Source of the DNA: Callorhinchus milii
Taxonomy: Eukaryota
Length of the DNA stretch: 64,000 nt
Direction of reading: 5' to 3'
Assembly: GCF_018977255.1 (NCBI RefSeq)
Contig: NW_024704743.1
Location: 50,284,001 to 50,348,000 of the forward strand
In this document: piece by piece, positions 49,039 through 63,169 of the stretch
Position numbering within the stretch: position 1 is the first letter of the stretch
Layout of the letters: each line of letters opens with the position of its first letter
Notes under the pieces: model-generated
What the model was told of the DNA's origin: nothing
Database searches by the model: none
The model's input: only the letters and a program-made list of their open reading frames with translations
Position numbers and translations under genes: made by a program

Positions 49039-49837
49039 ACAACCCCAACCCTTCGAATACAGCAATTAAACCAATGGCACTACAGCTGTTAACAGAATTA
49101 TCCACAAGAGTACCTGAATTTTGACCTTTCAGGCAATCTCAATCACATGTGCAATATATGCTGCTCATTTGATTTACATCAGGGTTTAATCTGGTCCCTT
49201 CTGACTGAATTAAAATCAGACATTACATTTCAAAAGCTTTATTGTCCTTATTTCACATCTGATAACACCTGGCAGCTTTGGTTCGTGGATTATTGATCTC
49301 TTTTGTCACACCTTTTCAACGAATGTCAATTTTTATCAGTTAAAAGCATTTTTAATAATAAGCAGTCTCCTTGTCACATATATGCAGAAATGCACAGAGA
49401 ATGCTGACAATGGCCAATTTACCGAGGATGGTAAGGAGTCTGATAATATGTCAACCGGTTCGGGATGGGTCTCTTTGTTCTTCTTTTAAACAAAGTGTTG
49501 CTCCAGAGCAGTGCCCAAATTGACAAGTGGTCACAGATGTGGCCATTGGGAGACACAAATGGCCACTCTATAATAAAAAAGAATTCAAGGATTGGTTTGA
49601 TGGGGGTACGTAGTTTAATGTGGGTGACAAGACGGTCAGCAGTTGTAGTTTGTGGGTAGTAGAGCTGGGGGATCGATTTGATAATATTTCTCAAAATTGA
49701 TTATGTGACTGACCAGGTTACGAGGACAGAAAACCTATGCGTCGGATCACACAAAGCGAGTGATTTTGCAATCTGTATTTTATTTCTTATGTGAAACGCG
49801 AGTTGATTCATCAATATGAAAGTGGTTACATCTGAAA

Positions 49838-50104
49838 AGCATTTGATATAGCGCCTTATCACATCGTTGAGACGATTCAAAGCACTTCACAGGATATACT
49901 GTAAACTGTAGTGACTGTGTATTTTGTGGGTGAAACACGGCAGCTAATTGCTCGCAGCAGTATCCTACGAACAGTTGTGGATTGAGTGACCAAATCATTA
50001 ATTTTTTGGAGGGATTATTATCCCCGGATGCACAATCGGCTAACAAGCAGGTTCCTTCTTACTGCTAGGTAAACAAAGATGTGTGGAGTAAGGAAACTTG
50101 CCCA
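49838..50104 (-). mobile_element. tRNA-Ala-headed SINE family, long form, head missing
   Basis: cttactgctaggtaaacaaagatgtgtggagtaaggaaacttgcccaa plus the Deu part and tail. Confidence 0.82.
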
Positions 50105-50959
50105 ATCAATCACGTATAAAAATAGAGAGTTCAGTTGGACAGCGCTGCTCCAGAGGAGAGTGCCTGCAGTCGTGTGGGGCCTGATTATATGGTGCACCAG
50201 CTGGCTCCTGTGAGAAAGACTTGTCATGTGCCTTTGGATCCCAGAGTTATTCTTTAAATTAGATTTAAAAGTTCTAGGGCAAAATTTGCTATATTTGTGA
50301 TGGGTGCTTTGTGATAATTACGAAATGTAAATTTCACCCCATTGCGCAAAGCTTAAAATGAACAAGATTAAGAACTGCCATGTTTCCAGACGCAACAAAA
50401 ATTCCAGGTTGTACAGGCAAATGCATCTTAAAGCGTGCTCTGCATAAGTACAAGCGGAAATACAATACGATTCGTATAGTTTATGGGGTTCCAGAGAGCG
50501 GGATCAAAATGGCTGAAAACGCGCTCACCGATTGTGGGGCAGAAAGGGCAGGGGTGTGAAACAGACTTATAAATTTCCATATATTAAACATTACAAGTGT
50601 CTTGACCTGATTCCCTGGCCAACAATACCCCAGATTGCTGCACACATGGTGGATTCAGGCCCACATTGTGAATTGAACTCACATAGTCTAAGCTGACACT
50701 CCAATGCAGTGTTGGGGGTGTGTTGCACTGTGCGTTGCTGTATCTGCGACACTAACTGACCCCCATTGAAAATGTTAGCCCTGAAAAACTCCAACAGACA
50801 ATGCAGGCAGCAATCTGTTCAGGCACAACTTCATGATCAATGATCAAAAGACCATAGTCAACAGGAATGGGAGGTCTGCCTATTTTCTCAGACTGAGAAC
50901 ACTGAAGCTGATTGAAACAATCCCACTTGTTTGAGGTAAGTTAACCCTGGAACTTCAAC

Positions 50960-51152
50960 CCCAATTTACTCCGATTCGTTTCGTCCTTCTCACCTCTTTC
51001 AAGCTCCGTCCAAGACCTTCCTCTATGACGGCGCCTTCAGACATCTTTTCTCTCCCCATCCCCAACTCTGGTGCCAAGCCAGGAATCTCAAGCACCGTGG
51101 GACATCTGCCTGAAATGAAAGGCACTACATAAATGTAAATTTGTATTGTACT
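50960..51152 (+). mobile_element. L2 3' tail
   Basis: ttcaagctccgtccaagaccttcctctatgac...gaaaggcactacataaatgtaaat. Confidence 0.75.
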
Positions 51153-51974
51153 GTTACCTCAACACAGAATAGGAACGGAACTTGGACCCTGGTGCTTTTT
51201 GAGATCACAGCTATATTAATAATAATCCTTTCATTTGACATAGCGCCTTATCACATCTCCGAAACGTCCCAAAACGCTTCACAGAATATACTGTAAAGTG
51301 AATTGACTGTATATTGTATATTTTACCTGACAGTGAACAGTTCCTGGCCATCAATAGAGCAAAGTATACTTGTAATGAGTGACTGTCGTAGCTATTTGTT
51401 TATCAAAATTTGAAATCCCGACTGATTAAAAACATTTACATTGGTTGCTATTTAAAGAAGGGAACATGTAGAAAGATATTTCTGAGATTTGCATTCCAAA
51501 ATAAGTAGATTTATAGATGCTGGGATTCAGATAACAAATGAGCTTGATTTCTATTGGATGAAGCGGTTGCAGAATATAGAGATAGATGACTTCTTACTAG
51601 CAAAACTATTTGGGAAGTGTTATACTTCTAGCTTGTTAGTACATAGCAGGGAATACACTTGGGGCTCAGAGAGTGCCTCTCGCTGTGTATGTCTCAGTTA
51701 ATTAATTGCTGAGGAAATCAAATACCTTCTTTGCTCCATAAATCAGACTAGAAGGTCATCACTTTCCAAACACTACAACACACATAGGAATCTTCTTCCA
51801 GAATGCTGCTTTGTTCTTGTGATTCACAAAAGACTTTAATGTTAATTTGATACTATGTAAAACTGTATCAGGAATACGATAACTTTTTTTCTAAATTTTT
51901 CCCCTTGCTCCATAAAATAAAAAAAACCTTACATTTTTACATCAGGAGAATGACTCAAAGAGCTTCACAGAACT

Positions 51975-52400
51975 TAAATAATAATTGGAATTGCGTTTGG
52001 TATAGTGCCTTTCACGCCCCAACATGCTTCACAGGATTTACTGTGAAATGGAATGACTGTGTTTTGTAGGTGAATCCGACCACACAATTGTGCACAGGAA
52101 TCTCCCACAAATGGCCATAATGACCAATTTTATTTGGGGACTTGTTGAGTGGGACACTGGGAGAAACTCCCTTCTCTTTTCAAATAGTGCCATGGGATCT
52201 TTAATGTCCACCTAAACAGGCAGAAGGTCCCTCAGTTTCACATCTCATCCATACAACGGCAACTCCAACAATGAAACACACCCCCAGCACTATATTGGAG
52301 TGTCATCTTAGACTACGTGAGTTCAATTCCCAATGTGGGGCATGAACCCACCACCTTCTGACTCAGAGGTAAGAGTGCTATCACTGAACCTGGCTGCCAA
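51975..52400 (-). mobile_element. DeuSINE-type SINE, near full length
   Basis: Reverse-strand head (ttctgactcagaggtaagagtgctatcactga), Deu core and tail. Confidence 0.85.
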
Positions 52401-53035
52401 ACACATATTAGCATATATAAGAATGAAACATCTGAAAGGGAATTTTTGTTTTGAGGGCTCTCGACGTTAAAGGTGTTACATCAGATGTAAGGATACGTAT
52501 TATTCTTTTTGTCCTGTGGTATCTATGAATATAAAATTAGTACCTTAGTGAGGTGAATGATGATGATGTGAGCCCACATTCACTGGGAAGAGTAAGTGTG
52601 AACTTTTTTATAATTTGCTTTTGCTGCTGTCAGCCTGGCTCAGTTGGTAGTCCTGACCAACAATTCCCCCAGATAAAATTGATCATCCACTTCATGTCTG
52701 TTTGTGGGATATTGCTCTGCGAGTTCAAGAGAATTTCCTTTCTCTTTTCAAATCATGTCAGGGGATCTTTAACATCCACCTGAACAGACAGACAAGACCA
52801 CGGTTTATCATCTCATCTGAAGGACAGCACCTCCAACAATACAACACATTCTCACACTACATCGGGGTGTCAACTTGGACTAAATGAGTTCCAACTCTCA
52901 ACATCGGGGGAAATCACTTTGTTCAGAGCCAACTCAAAATCTGGTTCAGACTAGCTGGAAAACAGCAAGAATAAAAATCATCAGGTTTGGATTTTTAACC
53001 TCTGCAATGAATTCTGTACTGGCTTACACTGCAAG

Positions 53036-53320
53036 ATAATGATAATAATAATCCTTGCATTTGATAAAATGCTTTTCACATCTTCTAGATGTCTCAAAGT
53101 GCTTCACAGAATATGCTGTAAAGTGAAATGACCGTATATTTGTGGGCGAAACGCGGCAGCCAATTGCGCACAGCAGTGTCCCACAAACAGTCGTGGATTG
53201 AAAATGACCAATTTATTATTGTTTTGTTTTGGAGGGATTATTATTAGATGTGTAGAGTAAGGAAACTTGCCCAAGGTTTCACCCTGCCTGGAATTGAACC
53301 CAGGTGTCTCGCTTGCAAAG
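53036..53320 (-). mobile_element. tRNA-Ala-headed SINE, short form, TAGAA-loop subfamily, 5'-truncated
   Basis: tttcacatcttctagatgtctcaaag...gaacccaggtgtctcgcttgcaaag. Confidence 0.9.
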
Positions 53321-54394
53321 GCTTGCAAGATTATAAAACAGATGTTTGCACGCCTTAGTGAACTTGTATATTTTATTAAATGCTCTTGTTTTTGACAGTG
53401 CCATTTGCAGATCACTGTAAAACCAGAGAAACAATAGCATCCAATGTGGTGATTCATTAATAAAGCAATTTTATATTTCTGCATAAAATATACAGTCACT
53501 CCACTTTACAGGATATTCTATAAAGTGCTTTGAGAAGTCTCAACATGTGATAAGGTGCTATATCAAATGCAAGGATTATTATGATTAATAATAAACCAAG
53601 GGCAATACCCTCTATGGATGAGTAGAAGATGAATATTTATGAGGGAGTTGTCCCAGATTATGCTTGATTAATCCTCTGACCAGCCATGAAATGTGTCAAA
53701 TCAACTTTACGAATTGTATGATAATTGTGTCGAAGCACACTTCCCACAAATTGAAGTGTTGTGCTTCCAGTTCCCTTATTGAGGAATTCCAGTAGAAACT
53801 GTTGAATATCAAACCCCAACGTTGGAAAGATCTCCAGGTGAGAGAGAGTTAAAACTCCTGTTACCCATAGCTGAAATAAGCTCCTGGAGGTCAGAATGTT
53901 GCTTTCAAAGTAAAAGATCACTGCGCATGAATGAATGCAAAATAGCTAGGATTAGCCATGTCCTTTTTGCTGATATTGATTTATTACTTGTTCCATTACT
54001 GTACTCATTACCCTGTGGTCTCACATCAAGTCATCCAGCACTGAAGCACTGAATATAGCTTGAGGAAAAGCAAAAATGCAGGAAGATCATTACTCATCGA
54101 CACGACATAACTGATGAAGCCCACTGAGAAACTGATTTACGACGTGAGCCAAGGAGGTAAAATGGCAGGGAAATCTTACGGGATTCTAAACTTGTGCGTC
54201 AAAAAATAATTTTGTGTGTGTGGATGGGGGAAGGGAATCGAGGAATATCAAGTGAGAATTATCACACAATAAAGAATCTGATTATTATTTAGTTGGTACT
54301 TAACTGTTTTTAGTCTGAACACTCCTTTGACGTTTGGAGAATGATTCCTCACTCCAGCTGTTTGAGCACCACATTGTCGCTAACGTGAATTTTA

Positions 54395-54690
54395 AACATA
54401 GAACCGTAGAAATTTACAGCACAGAAGAAGTCCAATTGGCCCATTGTGCCTTTGCTAGCCCTTTTAAAGGGCAATCTTTTCAGTTGCATTTATCTGCCCT
54501 TTCCCCATATCCTTGTAGCTTACTCCTTCTAACGTATTTATCTAATTCCCTTTTGAAAGCTCATATAGATTCTGCCTCAATCACCATTCCCAGCAGGGCA
54601 TTCCATATCCTAACTACTCTATGTGTGAGAAAAACTCTCCTAACCTCCACATTTGCTCATTTGCTATATACTGAAATTGATGCCCTTTAG
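54395..54690 (-). mobile_element. CR1 3' end
   Basis: catagaaccgtagaaatttacagcacagaag...ttccatatcctaactactct. Confidence 0.75.
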
Positions 54691-55032
54691 TCACATGTGA
54701 GGATTTTTTTCACATTCTAATAATCGCTGGAATGTTTTGTTTACATCAGTTAGTGTGAGAGGTGTTTGAAAGTCATTATCTGATGAACAAAATCTGCACT
54801 TTCCCTATGCCTGATTTACAATTTTTTAGATCATCCAAAGGAAAGTGGCTCATCTAACATCCCAGAAACAAATCTAGAGTGCAAAAATAGTATAAAAATA
54901 GAGAGCGGAATCAGTTGTACAAATAGATTCTCTGTCAAGTAGGAGCAACTTTGACAAGTAGCTCCTGCTTCAAAGTACAAGTATTTTGAGCAGATGTCTT
55001 AATTAGCTGCTACATGTCATGGCCCCATACGT

Positions 55033-55530
55033 ATGTCAGCTTGGTGTAGTTGGTAGCATTCTTACTTCTTAGTCAGAAGGCTGTGGGTTCAAATCCCATG
55101 TTGGCATGTTGGTTCATATTCGAAGCTGACACTCCAATGCAGTGCTGGAGGAGACTACGTTGTTTTAAGACCTGTCTTCTTGATTGCATTTTCATTCACC
55201 TTCCCACAGCTCCCAGTCAGCTAAGTGCTTTGAGGGACATTCTGCTGATGTGAAAGACGCTATATAAATGTAAATTGTTGTTATTAATGTTGTTGCGTTC
55301 TTCGGATGAGTGGTTAAACTGCGGTCTTGCCTGCCTGTTCAGGTGGATGTTCAAGATCCATGACACTATTCGAAAGGAGAAGAGAGTGGTAATCTGGCCA
55401 ACAATTTTCCAGTTAAACTGGTTATTCTCTTTTGCTGTGTTGAAATACACTCCTGCATTTGATTATGAAAACATAGTCACTGCACTTAACAGTAATTTCT
55501 GTATTGTGCCATTTAGATATTCTAGGCACT
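55033..55530 (+). mobile_element. DeuSINE-type SINE interrupted by an L2 tail (about 55162-55288)
   Basis: SINE head, then an L2 tail ending gtgaaagacgctatataaatgtaaattgttg, then the Deu core resumes. Confidence 0.75.
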
Positions 55531-55696
55531 ATGAGGGTTATTGCAATAATAGGCATTCTTTACTGTTTTCTATTCAATTCATAAACGAAAACATAAAACT
55601 AAACAATACATAAAACTAGCCATCTGGCCTCCATTACTTTCATATGACATGATCTATTTGCCCAAAATCTTTTGTCTCATCACAGTTCCATTTTGG

Positions 55697-55719
55697 TCTC
55701 TCTCTCTTTCTCTGTCTCT

Positions 55720-55761
<42 letters not shown>

Positions 55762-55782
55762 CCTGTCTCTCTCATTCTCTCT
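55697..55782. repeat. Imperfect (CT)n microsatellite
   Basis: Seen directly in the sequence. Confidence 0.95.
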
Positions 55783-56229
55783 GGCAATTAATTGAGAATT
55801 TTTAATGAGCTGAACCAGCGCTGCAGTATTGCTCCGTGCAATTATTTGTTCTAATTATGCTGGAATTAACAAAGATCTGTGACTCAGATATTTGAATATT
55901 CATTATTCATCATTTGTGAAGTATTAATTGCATCTTTGGCAACCCAACAAACAATTATTAGATCATTTCATAACCCCCAACAGTGATAATTCACACCAGT
56001 GAAATTAAAAGCCATGGCAAGTACCTGTGTAATATTCCTTCAGCACCTGCACCAGGCTCGCACAATATGAGGCCTGTCATCTGCTCCCACTTCATTGACT
56101 ATGTTGATAAGGCAAAGGCTGTCCCGTTTCACTCCTATCATCGCCTTCTTACCTCAGGTGCTTAACAGCATCAACCCGAGTGGTTGCAAGCTCTACCGCA
56201 AGTAGCCTGTGCAGAACTTCAGTGACTTA

Positions 56230-56890
56230 TTTGACTCCTAAATGACTCTCAAACCCCAAATCCATGCTCTTACCCGCTTAGTTTTCTCCCTCCTCTGATC
56301 ATCTCTGTCACTACCTACCACCCGAGACCCTCATCCATTCTTTTTTACATGCAGGCTTGACTCTGACAACGTCCTGCTCACCGGACTCCTCAGCTGTTCC
56401 TTATACATTCTGAAAACTATCCAGACTCTGCAGCTTGTGTCCTTTCCTGCACCTATATCCTCACTTGGCTACATTGGCTCCTCATCCCCCAGCAGATTGA
56501 ATTCAAGAGCCTTGTGCTCATATTCAATTCAATTCACTGCACAGTCTTGCCTAACCCTATCACTACAACCTCTTTCATCGATAGTAACTGGGAGTCTTTG
56601 CTCAGTGAGCACTGGCCCCCACCCTATACTCCCCATTATTGGCAGACGGGCTTTCAGCCATTCTATCCTCACTCTCTGGAACTCCATCCTGGGGTCCTTT
56701 TAACTCCCTCCCTCCCCCAATTCAAGGCCTGTCCTCTTTGACCACGCTTGTGGTTATCTTTCCTCTCCCCACCAGCCTTGGCTCACGGCCCCATCCACCA
56801 GCTTGGGTGCCCAGTGGGCAGCGTCAAGCACTTTGAGACCTCCTACTGATGTAAAAGGCACTATGTAAATGTAAATTGTATTGTACTGTA
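56230..56890 (+). mobile_element. Old L2 3' fragment
   Basis: Decayed LHWLLIPQQIEFK and LWNSI motifs, and an L2 tail. Confidence 0.75.
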
Positions 56891-58514
56891 TGGCCTATGA
56901 CATGTTCTTCAATTGTTCACCATTCATCTCCCTGAGAAAATCATCTCCGATAAAATTCAAATTCATGACCGACATTACCACAGGATCCATCATATAACTA
57001 CTTTGCAAGACATTCAATTCAATGAGGCTATTGTCTCATTCTAGGGCTGCACTTCCTTGGAAATTAGTAATCACACAGTACAGTATTTGCCTAGCTCGGA
57101 GTTGTCCTACCTGGTAGGGAATTGTCTTGTAGGAAATGAGACACCCTCTCACATCAACTATACATAGAAATTTACAGCCCTCTTTGGAATATGGCATTTA
57201 TGTGACCTAGTGAGGATATATTTGTCCTCCCGACGTGAAAGGCGTATACAAATGTAATCTTGTTGTTATTATTATTTATTATTATTATTATAGTGTATCA
57301 TAGAATAATGGAACACACATTCAACTACTTCCCATATCCCAACTTCACATTGAGTTTGGATTACTGCTGATCTAACTGTCATTTCTACATGTACATTTCA
57401 GTTGCAGGGAGCCATCTCTTCCCTTGCCTACCCCCCCTACCCCACCCCTCCAAGGATTTTTTTTGAAGACACGGTGCTTCTTTTTAAAATCCACAAAAAG
57501 CTTGGGTGAATCCAAGCTTAACCTTCTGATCATAAATTGGATGCTCAACCGTCAGCAACCCACCCACTATGACACAGATAATGCTTCAGCTTTCTCACCG
57601 CACATCTTGAGGGAGCAGATCACAAATGTCTCAGGATATTGAAAATGCTCTGAGGAAATTGTCTTAGACCAGCTACATAGTTACACACAGTACTTGTGCC
57701 ACACTCGAGCGCCTTATGCCTGATATGTCATTAATCTCCAAACCTGGTCCCAGGAGAATCCCAATAGTGATGGCTTCTTGCAATTTTTTGCTTAACGCAA
57801 TCAATAGGAAGATGTTTTTTTTCTACAGTGACCTTGTACATTACAATATAACAAAAATACTACAATATATCAATATTATTAAAAAATCAGTGTATTATTT
57901 ATTTAGCTTTATATAAATTGAGCACTTGGGCAATAAAAATCTGCTTGTTATCGTGTTTCAATCCAGCTCCTGTTTCCCAGCTAAACTAACCATTTCAGAT
58001 GAAGATTGTAACATATTGTGGAGGCAGTACTGTGAGGTGACCTTGTGCCACTCACTTTCACATTCTCACTAATGTGCAAGATACTTTTCCTCTTTAATAT
58101 TTTACTGTATGCATGTAGCAGACTGCTTACATTAAGTCATGTAAATTATAAAAAGTCACTGTATAAGGTGCAATTTGTAATTATTGGTGTATAGTATAAT
58201 GTAAAAATCATCCATTGCTGAAACTCCTTGAAACCCTCTATGTGTGTATCAAGTTGAATGATAATGAAGCCTTTATGTCACATTAATTTGTGGTTAAGTA
58301 TTTCTCTAACTGACAGAACATGTTAAGCTCACCTTCAAATTTATATTTAGCACATAAAAAAATGCCACAGCACACCAGAACCAAAGAAATCGTATAACAC
58401 TAAAGGAGAACATTCGACCCATTATGTTATTGTTAGTGCTTTCTCTTCCACTGAAGCCATTTATTCTAATCTCAATGTCCTTCGCTTTCGCTACATCACT
58501 GATTTACGTTTATT

Positions 58515-58845
58515 AGCCAGTCTAAAGTGCCATTCCAGTGCAGGGCTGGGGGTGTGCTGCATTGTTGAAGGCACTGTCCTTCTAATGAGGCATTAGCTGA
58601 AATCCCATCTGCCTGTTCAGGTAGATGCTAAAGATCCCTTCGAAAAGAGAAGAGAGATTCTCCTGTTGTCTTGGTTATTGAGTCCACCCAAATAAACATT
58701 GGTCATTCCCTTCATGGCTGTTTTTCGGAGACTATCGTGTGCAATTTGGCTGTTGTATTTACCTACAAAATACTGTACACAGTCACTCTAGTTTACAGTA
58801 CATCTGTAAAGTGCTTTGAGACATCCTCCCAACATAATAAGGATA
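58515..58845 (+). mobile_element. DeuSINE-type fragment
   Basis: Deu core and tail. Confidence 0.75.
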
Positions 58846-59076
58846 CAATAATAATCCTTGTATTTGGTATGGCACCGTATCACGCCTTCGAAACACTCAA
58901 AGCGCTTCACAGAATATACCGTAAAGTGAATTGACTGTATATTTTGTGGGTGAAACATGGCAGCCAATTGCTCACAACAGTGTCTCGCAAACAAGTGTGG
59001 ATTGAATGATCAAATTATTATTTTCAAAAAATGTTTTGTGAGGTGAGTGCTCTAACCACTAAGCTACAGGACTCCA
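58845..59076 (-). mobile_element. tRNA-Ala-headed SINE with an internal deletion
   Basis: Tail and Deu part join the head end gagtgctctaaccactaagctacaggactcca. Confidence 0.8.
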
Positions 59077-59767
59077 GGACATGATAGGCGCTGTACAACA
59101 ACAATAACAACTTGAATCTCTATAGCTCTTTTCACGCAGAACCTTGACGCTGAACAATATTAAATGTAAGGATTATTGTTATATTTATTTAAATGGTTTA
59201 GTTGGTGATTGTTAATTGTGCATTAACACATGATGCTCATAATCAGTTGGCAAACATTATGCACATCATAGGGTATTCATCTTGCCCAAATTGTGTTATG
59301 GTTCTCCTCTGAAGGATATGAAAAAAGAGCAGTGGGGTGATGGAGGGGGCGGGGGGTTATGGGGGTTGGTGGAGAGCTAGCACCAGCCACAATAGGATAA
59401 ATTACCTCTTCGGTGCCAAAAAATATTTTGTGATTCTATATTGTCATTAAACAGAAGTATATAAAGATATAATACATATATACATATATATTCCTAAAAA
59501 ACTTAATTAAACATGTGCTGAATTATGTTTTATTATTCAGCCGTTAGCTAGTTACATTGTGATGACCCATGTTTCCATTATCCTGTTGATGGATGTGAAT
59601 CCATTGTTTTCATCTCATTCTCAAACGCAAACATGTTCAATGGAAATCATACTAATAGTTAAAGAAAAGCCCTGCTCAATTATTGTTGAATGCCTAACAG
59701 GAGCCTATAAGCTAAATATTTGAAGTACTGAGGCAAAATAGGTGATCCACAACATGAGTAGCTTTAT

Positions 59768-60412
59768 TTGTCAGCTTGGCTCATTTGATAGCACTCTTTC
59801 TCTAGGTCAGATAGTTGTGAATTCAAGCCCCACACCAGGGCTTTGAATTCACAGTCTAGACTGATACTCCAGCGTAGCAATAGATTGTCAGAGGTGCCAC
59901 AAATGAGACATATAAATCTGAGGTCCTGTCTGTCTATTCAGATGAAGGTTTAGAAATCCTACAATACTATTGGGAAAGAGAAGGGAGTTCTTGTCAAAAA
60001 TTGTCCAGAAAAAATGTATTCTTTATTTCATGGCTGTTCATGGGAAATGCTGTGTGCTAATCGCCACCTCTACCTCTTCTCCTACCTGTATGCAGGCACA
60101 TCTGATGAGGTGTGTGTGAGAGGAGAGAGAGACACTGTGTGTGTAAGGGCATCTCCCTTCCCTAAGTGTGCCCAGGCCAGTCTGAAGCTTCTCATTAAAA
60201 TAAACAAAAGCCCTGCCCCCTCAGCCCAATTTTTGGACAACGATATAGAAAATTGCTCAAAATAAATCCTGAAAGATGAAATTAATAAGCAACTAAAAAC
60301 AGAAGCCCTACATATAGTTAAATAGTCACTACACTTGACAGCAATTATCTGTGAAGCGCTTTGAGATGTTTGATTTTATAGGCAACATATAAAATGTGAG
60401 GACTATTATTAG
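59768..60412 (+). mobile_element. DeuSINE-type SINE split by an insert of about 245 bp
   Basis: Head and core run to 60062, and the tail resumes near 60307. Confidence 0.7.
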
Positions 60413-61202
60413 TTACCTTAAAAAAGTAGAGAGCTGAGTTTCAGGAGGTGGAATGGCCTTTTCTTAGCTCTTAAAGTTAGAAGTGAGGTAAGGAAGCATT
60501 TCTTCACACAGAAGGTTATGAATGTTCAGTTAGATGTATAGATGGAATCAATGAGGATGTTTTTAAGAGAGATGGCTATATTTGGGTAGTTGAATTATTA
60601 AGGGAAATTATGGCACAGGCTCGATGGGCTGAAAGGTCTCCTTTTCCTGTTTTGCTAATATTCCTATGTCCTACTTTTTCTGTGCTCTTACAATAAACAA
60701 ATATGTAGACACAACCTTGAGTAGCTTCGCTGCCAGAAAACAAAACATGCTGCTGCTTGGAAACAGCAGCCTTTAGTGTTGACAAAGAAAGGTGGTGACA
60801 AGCATATCCCAGCTCAGGTAGAATTTTTCTGTAAGAAAGTAAGATATTTTTCAGCTTACAAAAACAAGTTAAGGGTGATACTTTACTTCTCCCAATGGAG
60901 GAGGGTTACGACCAACCTGGGAAGTCTTATCTTGTGGGGATGGAATGTGAACAAATCAAAACAACAGCACAAAAGGGAATTCTGATTCACAGCTCAGCTT
61001 GAGTTGATGTAATCATGCCACACATGCTATTCACTTGCTGTTTCTATAGGAATATGGGAAATGTATTGTGTGCGAGATAAGGGACAAGTATAGGGGCAAA
61101 AGTTGTTGTGTTCCTTTAGGATTTCTTGTATTAGTTAGAATATTTATTACTGTTTCTTAATTAAGCACCATCTTACCATACAACACAATTTACAACACAA
61201 TA

Positions 61203-61540
61203 TATTTCCCTGGTGGGAGAATCTATAACCAGGGGTCACAGTCTTAAAATTAAGGGTCAGCCTTTTAGAACAGAGTTGAGGAAACATTCCTTCACTCAGA
61301 AGGTAGTGCATTTCTGGAATTCACTACCCCAGAAGGCTGTAGATGCTCAGTCCCTGACCATCTTCAAGGCTGAGACTGATAGATTTTTTAAAAAACAGAG
61401 AGGTTAGGGGATATGGGGATAAGGCAGGTAATTAGAGTTAGGTCTGAAGATCAGCCATGATCTTATCGAATGGCGGGGCAGGCTCGAGGGGCCGAATGGC
61501 CTACTCCTGCTCCTAATTCTTATGTTCTTATGTTCTTATG
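61203..61540 (+). mobile_element. CR1 3' end with (TTCTTATG)n tail, nested in a minus-strand L2 tail (to about 61735)
   Basis: Encodes GESITRGHSLKIKGQPFRTELRKHSFTQKVVHFWNSLP. Confidence 0.9.
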
Positions 61541-61884
61541 TCAGGAAGACATTTCAAAGTGCTTGACCAGGCTGAATGGGCACCTGAGCTGGGGGCGGAA
61601 GGATGGAGCAGGAGTGGGGAAAGATGACCAAAAGCATGGTCAAAGAGGTAAGATTGGAGATATACCTTGAACGAGGGGAGAGAGGGAGCAAGTCAGTGGG
61701 CCTCCTGGATGGAGCTCCTGAGAGTGGAGGCAGATTTGTTAATTAAGAACTTATCGTGTCAGGTGGCTAACATTGTACAGTTTGGTTCCTGGTGGGGGCT
61801 GGGAAAGTGATTGTAAAATGCGTGTATGGAGTTTTGACACAGGGATTTCCCCAATAGTCTATTCAATAAAATTCCCTATTGCAG

Positions 61885-62280
61885 AATGGAACCATTTCAA
61901 GATCCTCACACTCACATACAAATTACTTCATTTGTTGGCACCTCCCTACCTCTTTGATCCACTTACACCCGACCCCTCTACCTGTCCACCTTGTTCAGCT
62001 GGCTCTGGCCTCCTGCACATCACTTGTCTCCTTCGCTTTACCGTCGGTGGCTGTGCTTTCAGCCTCCACGCTCTGAAACTCTGGAACTCTCTGGGTCAAT
62101 CCCTCTGACAATCCCTCTGACTAGAAACCCCTTTGGCCATCTTCAGATCAAACTTGACGACCGTACCTATGGTGATCTTCTCTCTCTCCGGCTTGGCGAC
62201 ATGTTTGCTCAGCCATTGTTAAATGCTCCGAGATGCTACCCACGTGAAGGGTGCTGCACAAATGCAAATTGTTGTTGTGA
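61885..62280 (+). mobile_element. L2 3' fragment
   Basis: Encodes FKILTLTYKLLHLLAPPYL...LKLWNSL; the tail ends gttgttgt. Confidence 0.82.
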
Positions 62281-62294
62281 AACTGACAATATAA

Positions 62295-62965
62295 CGTCAA
62301 TATGATGGATTTCTCTTTAGAACATAAGAACATAAGAAATGTTAGACGAAAAAAGCCCAAGGTCCATCTAATTCGCCTTCCACCTTCCTGGCGGTCGCAT
62401 GCACATATGTTCCGAACTACCTGTATACTATATCCCATAATGTTATTTCCTAAACAAAAAATATCTAATCTGCGTTTGAAAGAATCAACACTTCCTGCTT
62501 CAACGGTTTATGTAGATTCGTTCTGAGTTTACCCCCCTTCAATCGCAGGCCGTGTCATCTGGTTTTACTATTCTGGACAAGTTGAAACAGCCTGTCATGA
62601 TCTGTATTGTTTTGCCCCTTTAGAATCTTAAAGACAGCAAATCATGTCGCCTCTCAATCTTCTCTTTTCCAGCGTGAACATGACCACTTTACTTCGTCGC
62701 TCCTCATAGTCCAGTCCTTCCATTCCCTCAATCATTTTGGTTTCCCTCCTCTGCATCTTCTTGATTTCTCCAATATTCTTTTTGTACTGCAGTGACCAGA
62801 ACTGTACACAGTACTCTATGTATGGTCTCACCAGTGATTTATACAGTGCCAGGATTACCCCATTATTTCAATTTGCTATTGATCGTTTAATACATCCCAA
62901 CATCTGGTTTGCCATACTCACTTCCACAGAGTATTGTTGGGAAAGCTTCAATTTATTGTCAATTT
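62295..62965 (-). mobile_element. CR1 3' region of the (TTCTTATG)n family
   Basis: Encodes RPYIEYCVQFWSLQYKKNI...LEKRRLRGDMI. Confidence 0.9.
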
Positions 62966-63169
62966 ATTGCCTTTACCAGTGAATCAACAGTTGTCTGTCT
63001 GTAGGGAATTGGAGGCTGCTGTACTCCGAGATGTGACCCTGCATCAAGGACACGAGACACTAGAGCAATGCTGATTTCTCATGTATCAGTGAAGTTGCTG
63101 TTGTTGTTATTGTTGAGTAGAATAAGTCTAAAATTAGCAAGGATGGCACCATTTCCACTTAATTTCAAT

